Below, one piece after another: positions 1-8,528 of a DNA stretch of 64,000 bases. The notes under the pieces are model-generated. The model did no database searches. It saw only the letters and a list, made by a program, of their open reading frames with translations, and was not told the origin of the DNA. Source of the DNA: Solirubrobacteraceae bacterium. GTDB taxonomy: Bacteria > Actinomycetota > Thermoleophilia > Solirubrobacterales > Solirubrobacteraceae. The stretch is taken from the NCBI GenBank assembly GCA_036008645.1, contig DASYNI010000011.1, positions 59,107-123,106 on the forward strand. The letters are read 5' to 3'. Numbering within the stretch: the stretch's first letter is position 1; every line of letters begins with the position of its first letter. Made by a program: the position numbers and the translations under genes.

Positions 1-269
1 CGGGCGTGTTCGACCATCCGCTGCGCGGTGCTGTGAAGTTCATTGATCTGCTGGTCGACTTTGATCGATTCCTGGCCGCCTGCGCCCACGAGCGCGCTGA
101 ACAGCGGCTTGGACACTTCTTCTTCGGATTCGTGCGCGATCTGGCCGACGTCGTGGTTGTATTTTTCGAGCGCCGAAGTTTTCTGGCCTTTGACGATCGC
201 GCTCACGATCAGCACGATCGCAATCAGCAGCAACACGCCGACGCCGGCCGCGACCCGGCGGCGCATCAT
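1..269 (-). CDS. hypothetical membrane-anchored protein, N-terminal part (gene runs off left edge)
   Basis: Not in the ORF track because there is no stop in the window. The reverse complement from ATG at 269 reads MMRRRVAAGVGVLLLIAIVLIVSAIVKGQKTSALEKYNHDVGQIAHESEEEVSKPLF... and stays open to position 1. Basic N-terminus plus one TM helix; G/C-rich third positions. Confidence 0.5.
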   Translation of the reverse strand, partial: MMRRRVAAGVGVLLLIAIVLIVSAIVKGQKTSALEKYNHDVGQIAHESEEEVSKPLFSALVGAGGQESIKVDQQINELHSTAQRMVEHA

Positions 270-553
270 CAGCGCATGCTTGTCTGCCGACCGATGCGAC
301 CCGATCGGCTGCGGCCGCCGCGGCCGCGGCCGCGACCCGGCCGGCGTTCGCCGCTGCCTGGTTGCCGAGGGTGGGGTTGAACCTTCGTCGTCGTCGAAGA
401 ACGACACGCACTTGCTCCTTGCAGAACTGCTGGCCAGGCACCAGTATGAATGCTGCGCGTTGGCGCCTCCCTGTGAGTTCTGCAACTTCTCGCTCAAACC
501 ACGATCTCCTGCCTGAAGCGGGCAGGGTCGACGCCGATCGCGGCGAAGCGTTC

Positions 554-2380
554 ATGACGGTGGACACGGCAATCGCTGCTGCAGGCGATGGGGGGCGCGC
601 CGCACCCGTGCGGGTGCTCGGGCGCTATCTGTTGCTGCAGCGGCTCGGCTCGGGCGGTTTTGGAGAGGTCTTCAGGGCGCAGGACGAGCTGTTGCGCCGG
701 CAGGTGGCAGTCAAGCGCATCCGATGTGAGCCGGACGGCATCGGCGAGCGCGCAGCGCGCGAGGCCCAGGCCGCCGCGCGGCTCTCACATCCGGCGATCG
801 TCGCCCTGTATGAGGCCACTGAGCAAGACGGCTGCTTCTACCTCACCTCCGAGCTGGTGCAGGGGCAGACACTTGCGCGGCTGATCGCTCAGGACGCCCT
901 CTGCGACGAGGAGATCCTGGAGGTCGGCCTCGTGCTCTGCGACGCGCTGCGCCACGCCCACAGCCGCGGGGTGATCCACCGCGACGTAAAGCCGCAGAAC
1001 ATCCTCGTGCCGGACGAGCCCGTCGACCGCTCCGGCGTGGCCAAGCTGACCGACTTCGGTGGCGCGCGCCTGGACGGCGAGGAGGCTCTGACGGCAACCG
1101 GTGACGTGCTTGGCACGCTGGCCTACATGGCCCCCGAGCAGAGCGAAGGCCAGCCAGCCGGGCCGCGGGCGGACCTCTACTCGCTTGCGCTTGTGCTCTA
1201 CGAGGCGCTCACGGGCGAGAATCCGGTGCGCGCCGCCACGCCCGCCGCGACAGTGCGCCGGATCGGCAGCGAGCTGCCGTCTTTGCGCCGCCAGCGTCGG
1301 GACCTCCCGCGCGAGCTGACCGACGCGATCGACCGTGCGCTTGCGGGCGAGCCCGAGGACCGGGGAGAGATCGCCGCGCTGGCGGCAGGGCTGCGGATCG
1401 GTCTCGGTCCTGCCGCTGAGGCCGACTGGGAGCACGAGCAGGAGGATTTCGAGCAGGAGCGCTCGCGCAGCGACGCCGACGATCCGATTGGGTCTGCGGC
1501 GACTTCGATCGGCCCGCAGCTTCATGCGGCCAGGACGTCGCCGCGACAGCCCGACCTCGTGCCGGTGCAGCGCCCGGGCTGCGCGCGGGCACCAATCGAG
1601 CAGCAGCAGCCCGCGGCTGAGAGCCGATTCGCTGCCAGTACGCGGCCGAGCATCTGGTTGCCTTCGCTTCCACGGCTTGTGTGGGCTGCCGCCACGATCG
1701 CGCTGCTGGCCTGGCAGACGATCGGCGGGCGCTCCGGCCTGACGCTGCTGCTGGCGGCCGGTGCGCTGCCGCTGCTGGTCGCCATGCCACGTCGGGCCAG
1801 CCTCGGCTGGCTGGCCCCGGCGCTTGCCCCACTGCTGGGGCTGATCGGCCTTGCCACCGCCTTCCCAGCGATAGCAAGCCTCCCATCCACGCCGCGTACG
1901 CGCGCATGGCTCGGTGCGCTCGGCTACTGGTGGCTGTGCCTGGCGCAGGTCGGCCTGCAACGCGGCCTTGCGCCGGCGGTCGCCTTCTCGACCGGCTTCC
2001 CCTCGGCCAACGCGGGCAGCGCCTGGGCGCGGCCGGATTGGGAGCGCTCGCTGACTGCCACCGCGCATGCGATCGGCCCTCTGCTGCGCCCTGCGATGAT
2101 CGCCGGCGCGGCGCTGTGGGCGCTCGGCGCCGTGCTCGCGCCCTGGCTCGTGCGCAAGCGCGGGGTGGCGCTCGACCTGCCGCTGGCCGGCCTCTGGAGC
2201 GCGGCGATGCTTGCCGGCCCGACCCTGATCGCCGGCATCCTGCAGGCCGGATCGAGCACTCCCGCCCCGCCGGCGAGCGCGATCCTCGGCGCCGTGCTGG
2301 GCGCGCTTCTGCTCGTCGTCGGTGCGCTGCGAGTCGATCCGCCGTATCGTGGGTACGCCGCGGAGCCGCCGCACCCTTAA
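554..2380 (+). CDS. Ser/Thr protein kinase with C-terminal polytopic membrane region
   Basis: Hanks kinase motifs are present: GSGGFGEVFRA, VAVK, HRDVKPQNIL, DFG, APE. ATG at 554 lies just upstream of the kinase domain inside ORF 362..2380. The C-terminal ~270 aa is Ala/Leu/Trp-rich with several hydrophobic helices. Confidence 0.85.
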   Translation: MTVDTAIAAAGDGGRAAPVRVLGRYLLLQRLGSGGFGEVFRAQDELLRRQVAVKRIRCEPDGIGERAAREAQAAARLSHPAIVALYEATEQDGCFYLTSELVQGQTLARLIAQDALCDEEILEVGLVLCDALRHAHSRGVIHRDVKPQNILVPDEPVDRSGVAKLTDFGGARLDGEEALTATGDVLGTLAYMAPEQSEGQPAGPRADLYSLALVLYEALTGENPVRAATPAATVRRIGSELPSLRRQRRDLPRELTDAIDRALAGEPEDRGEIAALAAGLRIGLGPAAEADWEHEQEDFEQERSRSDADDPIGSAATSIGPQLHAARTSPRQPDLVPVQRPGCARAPIEQQQPAAESRFAASTRPSIWLPSLPRLVWAAATIALLAWQTIGGRSGLTLLLAAGALPLLVAMPRRASLGWLAPALAPLLGLIGLATAFPAIASLPSTPRTRAWLGALGYWWLCLAQVGLQRGLAPAVAFSTGFPSANAGSAWARPDWERSLTATAHAIGPLLRPAMIAGAALWALGAVLAPWLVRKRGVALDLPLAGLWSAAMLAGPTLIAGILQAGSSTPAPPASAILGAVLGALLLVVGALRVDPPYRGYAAEPPHP

Positions 2381-2429
2381 AGTTGTGATGGCAGGGCTGC
2401 CCTTCCGTAGCCTGAGAGTACGCGGTCAC

Positions 2430-3260
2430 ATGAGCCTGCTCAGAACCCTGGAGTCGAAGATCGAAGGCCTCGTCGAGGGGACGTTCGGTCGCGTCTTCCG
2501 CTCGGAGGTGCGCCCGATCGAGCTCGCGCGCAAGCTCGTAAAGGAGATGGACGAGCACCGTACCCCGTCGGTCTCGCGCGTCTATGTGCCCCACGAATAC
2601 GACCTCTGGCTCTCGCCCGCCGACCGTGACCACTACGAGGGCATCGAGGGCGAGGTGATAGACGAGCTCTGCGCCTACCTGCTCGAGCACGCCCGTCGTG
2701 AGCAGCTCGTGCTCGCCGCACGCCCGGTGATCCGCCTGCAAACCGACCACGACCTCGCGCTGGGCGAATTCGGCATCCAGACCCACCCGGTGCGCCTCGA
2801 CGGCGAGGAGCAGGCCCGCCCGCCGCGCGCCCCGCAGCAGGAAGCGTGGTCGCAGGAGGCTTTCGCGCCCGTCCCGGCGCGCGAGCCGCCGCGTGCCGAG
2901 CCCGCGGAGGAGGAGGCCGGGCGCACGATGATCCAGCGTTCACGCGGCCGCGGCGGCGCAGCCGCGGCGACTCCGAGGACCGCGAGCGCGCTGCTGCTGG
3001 TAGCGGGCCGGCAGCTGCTCGTGCCGCCGCAGGGCGCGGTCATCGGCCGTAGCCGAGAATGCGACATCGTGCTCGACGACAGCGGCATCTCGCGCCGCCA
3101 CGCCCAGATCATGCCCGCCGCGGGGGGTTGGAGGATCGAGGATCTCGGCTCCACCAATGGGCTGCGTGTGAACGGGCGCCGCGTCCAGGGCTCCGCGCAG
3201 CTGCAGGGGGGCGATCGCGTCGAGATGGGCTCGACTGAGATCGTCTTCGAGCTGCGGTAA
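2430..3260 (+). CDS. fhaA: FhaA-like protein (DUF3662-type N-terminus + C-terminal FHA domain)
   Basis: N-terminus is MSLLRTLESKIEGLVEGTFGRVFRSEVRPIELARKL. The C-terminal FHA signature is GRSRECDIVLDDSGISRRHAQI...EDLGSTNGLRVNG. Position is upstream of the fhaB-like gene and pstP. Confidence 0.85.
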   Translation: MSLLRTLESKIEGLVEGTFGRVFRSEVRPIELARKLVKEMDEHRTPSVSRVYVPHEYDLWLSPADRDHYEGIEGEVIDELCAYLLEHARREQLVLAARPVIRLQTDHDLALGEFGIQTHPVRLDGEEQARPPRAPQQEAWSQEAFAPVPAREPPRAEPAEEEAGRTMIQRSRGRGGAAAATPRTASALLLVAGRQLLVPPQGAVIGRSRECDIVLDDSGISRRHAQIMPAAGGWRIEDLGSTNGLRVNGRRVQGSAQLQGGDRVEMGSTEIVFELR

Positions 3261-3264
3261 GGCG

Positions 3265-3798
3265 ATGACCTCCTCCGTGGAGCCAGTGTCGGTGGCGCTG
3301 AAGTACGGCTTCGTGATCGTGCTCTACCTGTTCCTGCTCTGGGTCGCCCGCAGCGCGCTAAAGGACATGCGCGGCCGCGAACGGACTTCCACCGCGCGCG
3401 TGGGCGAGCACGTGCCCGCAGGGATGGCGGCAGCGGTCGTCGCACCGGATGCGACAGGCATGTTCTCGGCCTCTACGCTCGGCCCGGTCGACGTGCTCTC
3501 AAGATCTCCGCGGCTGGTGGTCGAGCGCGCCCCGGGGCACCAGCCCGGAATGATCTACGATCTCGACGGCCCCGTGCTGCTCGGCCGCGGCGGCGAGGCC
3601 GAGATCCGGCTGGAGGACCCCTACGCCTCCTCCGAGCACACCCGCATCTTCGAGCAGGGGGGTATTCTCGCTGTCGAGGATCTCGGCTCGACCAACGGCA
3701 CCTATCTCAACGAGGAGCTGCTGGAGAGCCCGCGGCCGCTGCATCCAGGTGACCGCCTGCGGATCGGGGACTCTGAATTCACGTTCGAGGTCGACTGA
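3265..3798 (+). CDS. fhaB: membrane-anchored FHA-domain protein (FhaB/FipA-like)
   Basis: N-terminal TM helix (LKYGFVIVLYLFLLWVA) plus an FHA domain (LLGRGGEAEIRLEDPYASSEHTRIF...EDLGSTNGTYLN). Confidence 0.85.
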   Translation: MTSSVEPVSVALKYGFVIVLYLFLLWVARSALKDMRGRERTSTARVGEHVPAGMAAAVVAPDATGMFSASTLGPVDVLSRSPRLVVERAPGHQPGMIYDLDGPVLLGRGGEAEIRLEDPYASSEHTRIFEQGGILAVEDLGSTNGTYLNEELLESPRPLHPGDRLRIGDSEFTFEVD

Positions 3799-5048
3799 TG
3801 CTCCGAGTGGCAGAGCACTACGCGATCACCGATACGGGCCTGCAGCGCCGCGCCAACGAGGACTCGATGCTCGCTCGCTCGCCCCTGTTCGTGGTGGCTG
3901 ACGGGATGGGCGGCGCGCAGGCGGGCGAGGTCGCCTCGCGGATCGCGGTGGAGACCTTCGGCGAGGACGGGCAGGACTTCTCCGACCCTGAGCAGACGCT
4001 CGCCGCCTACACGCAAGCCGCCAACGCTCGCATCCACGAGCTCTCTCACAGCGATGCCGCCCACGCGGGCATGGGCACCACGCTCTCGGCCATCTACGTG
4101 GGCGAGCGGGACGTGACGATCGCCCACGTGGGCGACAGCAGGGTCTACTGCCTGCGCGACGAGGAGCTCCTGCGGCTGACCGACGATCACTCGCTCGTCG
4201 ATGAGCTGATCCGCCAGGGGCGGCTGACGCCCGAGGAAGCCGAGGAGCACCCGCAGCGCTCGATTATCACCCGGGCGCTCGGTCCCGAGGCAAGCGTGGA
4301 GGTGGACACACGCTCCTTTAAAGCGCGCGCCGGGGATGTCTACCTGCTCTGCAGCGACGGCCTGACCTCGATGGTCGGCGAGCAGCGGATGAGCGAGCTG
4401 ATGTCCCAGCATGATCGCCTGACCGAGATGGGCAAGGCGCTGATCGCCGAGGCAAATCGCGAGGGCGGCAGGGACAACATCACCGTCGTGCTGGCGCGCG
4501 TGGAGGAGGTCGACCTCTCGGACTCGCCTTATGAGCCCGAGCATCAGACCGTGGTCGGCTTGCCGGCGGCGGAGCCGGTCGATAGTGATGCGCAGCAGCA
4601 AGACTCGGCGCCGTTGCAACCGCAGACCGCCGCCGGTGCGGCGCTTGCGCAGGCGCCCGCGCGCCGTGTCGTCCACAGACGCCTGCCAAGGGCTGCGCCG
4701 CCCCGCACCGGGGAGCGCCCGCGACGAGGTCGGCGCATACGGCGTGCGGTGGTGTCGCTGAGCCTGCTGACGGTGCTGGGCGTGATCCTCGCCGCGGCTT
4801 ATCTGGCGAGCCAGACCGTGTTCTTTCTCGGAACCGACTCAAACGGGCTGGTCACCGTCTATCAGGGCGTCCCCTACCAGCTCCCGCTCGGCATCGACCT
4901 CTACACGGTCGACTACGTCTCCGGCGTGAGCGCCTCGACGATCACCTCGCAGCGCCGCCACACCTTGCTCAATCACGCCTTGCGCACCGAAGCGAACGTG
5001 AGCGCGCTCATACATCAGCTCGAACTGGGCCAGATCAGCGGTGGGTGA
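3798..5048 (+). CDS. pstP: PP2C-family Ser/Thr phosphatase with C-terminal TM and extracytoplasmic tail
   Basis: PP2C motifs: DTGLQRRANEDS, VVADGMGG, LCSDGL, GGRDNITVV. A TM segment (VVSLSLLTVLGVILAAAYL) follows. The start overlaps the previous stop (TGATG). Confidence 0.9.
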   Translation: MLRVAEHYAITDTGLQRRANEDSMLARSPLFVVADGMGGAQAGEVASRIAVETFGEDGQDFSDPEQTLAAYTQAANARIHELSHSDAAHAGMGTTLSAIYVGERDVTIAHVGDSRVYCLRDEELLRLTDDHSLVDELIRQGRLTPEEAEEHPQRSIITRALGPEASVEVDTRSFKARAGDVYLLCSDGLTSMVGEQRMSELMSQHDRLTEMGKALIAEANREGGRDNITVVLARVEEVDLSDSPYEPEHQTVVGLPAAEPVDSDAQQQDSAPLQPQTAAGAALAQAPARRVVHRRLPRAAPPRTGERPRRGRRIRRAVVSLSLLTVLGVILAAAYLASQTVFFLGTDSNGLVTVYQGVPYQLPLGIDLYTVDYVSGVSASTITSQRRHTLLNHALRTEANVSALIHQLELGQISGG

Positions 5049-5057
5049 TCGCACGCC

Positions 5058-6473
5058 GTGAACAAGCCGATCGTCCGCCTCTACGCGCTGGTTGCGGTGC
5101 TGTTCGCCCTGCTGATCGCATTCACCTCGCGCTGGACGGTCTTCGAAGCCGCCTCGCTGCGTGGCAACGGCCTCAACAAGCGGGCGGAACTGGCGCGCGA
5201 ACGTGTCGCGCGCGGCGAGATCCTCGCCGCCAATGGCGCGGTACTTGCCAAGAGCGTACGCACGAGCAACGGCACCTACGAACGCCGCTATCCGACAGGC
5301 TCGCTGTTCGCCACGCCGATCGGCTACTCGTTCGTGACCGAGGGCAGCACGGGCCTGGAGCTCTACCGCAACGAAGCGCTCGAAGGCCAGCTCGGCGGCG
5401 GCCTGCAGCGGCTGCTCAACCAGCTGCAGGGCATCGAACCCGGCGGCGACACGGTGCAGACCACGCTCGTCCCCTCTGCTCAGCGCGCTGCGGTGTCCGC
5501 CCTGGCCGGCCGCGACGGCGCGGTCGTGGCGCTCGACCCGCGCACGGGCGCGGTGGAGGCGCTGGCTTCCTCGCCGAGCTTCAACCCGAACTTGGTCAAC
5601 TCGCATGCGGGCCTCAGGCAGGGGGAATCGGAGTTCAACAGGGTCACAGAGGGCGGCTATGCCCCCGGCTCGACCTTCAAGATCGTCACCGCCACCGCGG
5701 CGCTGGATAGCGGCTTGTTCACCCCGCAATCCACGCTGGATGGGCGCAACGGCATCCTCGTCTCGGGCGTGCCGCTGAACAACGACCAGGACGAGAGCTA
5801 CGGCCAGATCACGCTCACCCAGGCACTGGCGCAGTCGGTCAACACGGTCTATGCCCAGGTGGCAGAGCGCGTCGGCAAGCCCACGATGGAACGCTACATG
5901 CAGCGTTTCGGTTTCGACGCAAAGCCGCCGTTGGACTTCCCGAGCGAAGAGATGACGGCCAGCGGCGAGTACTTCGAAAATCGACTTACCCTCCCGACCA
6001 GCGAACTGGTCGATCTCGGTCGCATGGGCATCGGCCAGGACCACCTGCGCGCCAGTGCGCTGCAGATGGCGCAGGTCGCCGCCGCGGTCGCAAATCACGG
6101 CACGCTGATGGCGCCGCACCTGACGAGCAGGGTCATCAACTCCGAAGGGCAGACCGTGGAACAGATCCAGCCCAAGGTCCAGTCGGTGGTGATGAAGCCC
6201 TCCACGGCGGCGGAGGTGACCAAGATGATGGAAGCGGTGGTCAATGAAGGCACCGGCACTACTGCCAAGATCCCCGGCATTCAAGTCGCGGGCAAGACCG
6301 GCACTGCGGAAATCGTGCTGGGGCAGTCGACCAACAATGCCTGGTTCATCGCCTTCGCCCCCGCCCCCAAACCGACCGTCGCGGTCGCGGCGACCGTCGC
6401 AGGAGTACCCGGCTACGGCGCCACGTTCGCCGCTCCGGTGGCCAAGCAGGTGATGGAAGCGCTGCTTCGATGA
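5058..6473 (+). CDS. pbpA: class B penicillin-binding protein (transpeptidase)
   Basis: N-terminal TM anchor. Transpeptidase motifs STFK (PGSTFKIV), SVN (QSVNTV) and KTGT (AGKTGTAE). Confidence 0.9.
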   Translation: MNKPIVRLYALVAVLFALLIAFTSRWTVFEAASLRGNGLNKRAELARERVARGEILAANGAVLAKSVRTSNGTYERRYPTGSLFATPIGYSFVTEGSTGLELYRNEALEGQLGGGLQRLLNQLQGIEPGGDTVQTTLVPSAQRAAVSALAGRDGAVVALDPRTGAVEALASSPSFNPNLVNSHAGLRQGESEFNRVTEGGYAPGSTFKIVTATAALDSGLFTPQSTLDGRNGILVSGVPLNNDQDESYGQITLTQALAQSVNTVYAQVAERVGKPTMERYMQRFGFDAKPPLDFPSEEMTASGEYFENRLTLPTSELVDLGRMGIGQDHLRASALQMAQVAAAVANHGTLMAPHLTSRVINSEGQTVEQIQPKVQSVVMKPSTAAEVTKMMEAVVNEGTGTTAKIPGIQVAGKTGTAEIVLGQSTNNAWFIAFAPAPKPTVAVAATVAGVPGYGATFAAPVAKQVMEALLR

Positions 6474-8515
6474 TCGAGCCCGGCACTGTCATAGACGGTC
6501 GCTACGAGGTGCTGGAGCGTGTCGGCTCCGGCGGAATGGCCGACGTCTACCTGGCCTCCGATCAGCTGCTCGGCCGCAAGGTCGCGGTCAAGGTGCTGCA
6601 CCACCGCTTCGCCGAGGACCAGGAGTTCGTCGAGCGCTTCCGGCGCGAGGCATCGAGCGCCGCCGGCCTCTCGCACCCCAACGTGGTCTCGGTCTTCGAT
6701 CGCGGCGAGTGGGACGGCACCTACTACATCGCAATGGAGTACCTGCCTGGCAGGACGCTGAAGGCGATCGTGCGCGAACGCGGCCCGCTCGATCCGGCGG
6801 CGGCGATCGACATCGTCGTGCAGATCCTGCGCGCGGCTCGCTTTGCCCACCGTCGCGGGGTGATCCATCGGGACCTGAAGCCCCACAACGTGATCCTCGA
6901 CGAAGAGGGCAGGGCGAAGGTGACCGACTTTGGGATCGCGCGCGCGGGGGCCTCCGACATGACGCTGACCGGCTCGATCATGGGCACCGCGCAATACCTC
7001 TCGCCGGAGCAGGCGCAGGGCCATGCCGTGACAGAGTCCTCGGATATCTACGCGATCGGCGTCGTGCTCTACGAGCTGCTGACCGGCAAAGTCCCCTTCG
7101 AGGGCGAGACCGCGGTCACGATCGCGCTGGCGCACATCTCCAAGGAGCCGCCACCGCCAAGCCAGATCAACCCCGCGGTGCCGCAGGCGCTCGACGCGAT
7201 CGTGCTGCGCGCGCTGAGCAAGGACCCGGCGCAGCGCTACCAGAGTGCCGATGAGATGATTGCCGCGCTGGAGGAGGTGCGATCCACGCTGCCCGGGCCG
7301 CGCGACGAGCATGCGCTTGCCGGTACCAGCGCGGCAGCCGGTCTTGCCGCTGTTGCCGGATTGGTGCAGCCGGGCCTCAGCACCCTGCGCCAGGGGCGCG
7401 CGGCCCCGACCGCGACCGGCTCCTGGCATCCCTCGACCGGCCAACTCGCCCCCTACGCTCCCACGACGGTCGCGGCCGACGGGCCCGGCAACGGCGATCA
7501 GCCCCCCGACGGGGACGCCGACCGCCGCCGCAGGCGCGCTCTCTTGGCGGCTGCGGTGCTCATCCCTCTGGCTGTGGCAGCGGTGCTGATCGTGCTGCTC
7601 ACCTCTCCCCGCAGCGTGACGGTGCCAAAGCTTGAAAAGCTGACCAGGGCCGTCGCCGTTGCCAGGCTGCACAGCCTCGGGTTGAAGGTCGATCCCTCCA
7701 CGGCCTCCAGTACGAGCGTACCCGCAGAACACGTCGTCACCCAGTCGCCTGGCCCGGGCAGCCAGGTCAAGCCCCACACCACGGTTGGCATCGTGGTCTC
7801 GACGGGCCCAGGCGCCACGTCGGTGCCGAAGGTCGTGGGCCTATCCGAGGAAGCCGCGGTCGAAAGCCTGAACGCCCGCGGGCTTCATCCCAACGTCGTC
7901 CACGAGCACAGCGAAACGGTCAAGAGCGGGTTTGTGATCTCGACCAGCCCGCCCGCCGGCCATGGCGTGAAGGAGGGCACCTCGGTAACGGTCACGGTCT
8001 CAGACGGCGCAGTGAAGGTGAAGGTGCCAAGGGTAGTCGGCGAATCGCAGAAAAGCGCTGAAGAAATACTTGAAGAACACGGCCTATCCGTCACGATCGC
8101 CGAACGCAGCAGCGAAACAGCGAGCGCCGGCACGGTGCTCGAACAGACCCCGCACGCCGGGCAGCAGGTCACCAAGGGCACCAGCGTTGCGCTCGTGATC
8201 GCTAAGGCCCACGGTCCGGCCAAGGTCGTCGTGCCGAGCGTGATCGAAGACGGTAGCGAAGCCGCTCTGGCCACGTTGCGCGCGGCCGGCCTGAAGCCGG
8301 AAGAAATTCCGGAAGCGATTTCAGGCGCCGGTCGCGTGGGCTACGTGATCAAGCAGGAACCACCGGCCGGCACTCGCGTGAGCAAGGGCTCCAAGGTGAA
8401 GATCTACGTGGGCGCCGAATCGTCCACGACCACGAGCTCCACGACAACGTCGGGCTCCGACACGACCACGAGCTCCACGACCACCTCATCCACCAAATCG
8501 AGCCCGCCCGGCTGA
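6470..8515 (+). CDS. pknB: Ser/Thr protein kinase with four PASTA repeats
   Basis: Kinase motifs GSGGMADVYLA, VAVK, HRDLKPHNV, DFG, SPE. One TM helix, then four PASTA-like repeats (VPKLEKL.., VPKVVGL.., VPRVVGE.., VPSVIED..) and an S/T-rich tail. ATGA overlap with pbpA. Confidence 0.92.
   Translation: MIEPGTVIDGRYEVLERVGSGGMADVYLASDQLLGRKVAVKVLHHRFAEDQEFVERFRREASSAAGLSHPNVVSVFDRGEWDGTYYIAMEYLPGRTLKAIVRERGPLDPAAAIDIVVQILRAARFAHRRGVIHRDLKPHNVILDEEGRAKVTDFGIARAGASDMTLTGSIMGTAQYLSPEQAQGHAVTESSDIYAIGVVLYELLTGKVPFEGETAVTIALAHISKEPPPPSQINPAVPQALDAIVLRALSKDPAQRYQSADEMIAALEEVRSTLPGPRDEHALAGTSAAAGLAAVAGLVQPGLSTLRQGRAAPTATGSWHPSTGQLAPYAPTTVAADGPGNGDQPPDGDADRRRRRALLAAAVLIPLAVAAVLIVLLTSPRSVTVPKLEKLTRAVAVARLHSLGLKVDPSTASSTSVPAEHVVTQSPGPGSQVKPHTTVGIVVSTGPGATSVPKVVGLSEEAAVESLNARGLHPNVVHEHSETVKSGFVISTSPPAGHGVKEGTSVTVTVSDGAVKVKVPRVVGESQKSAEEILEEHGLSVTIAERSSETASAGTVLEQTPHAGQQVTKGTSVALVIAKAHGPAKVVVPSVIEDGSEAALATLRAAGLKPEEIPEAISGAGRVGYVIKQEPPAGTRVSKGSKVKIYVGAESSTTTSSTTTSGSDTTTSSTTTSSTKSSPPG
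8425..8481 (+). repeat. 21-nt direct repeat CACGACCACGAGCTCCACGAC (two copies) in the pknB S/T-rich tail
   Basis: Identical 21-mers at 8425..8445 and 8461..8481, encoding TTTSSTT. Confidence 0.8.
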
Positions 8516-8528
8516 CGCGTCGTGCCCC

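Noticed and set aside
785-2786. Very long antisense ORFs (785..2374 and 1209..2786, minus strand) overlapping the first kinase gene.
   Set aside because: The translations are Arg/Pro/Gly/Ala-rich low complexity without motifs, which is typical of shadow ORFs in high-GC DNA. The plus-strand frame carries complete kinase motifs.
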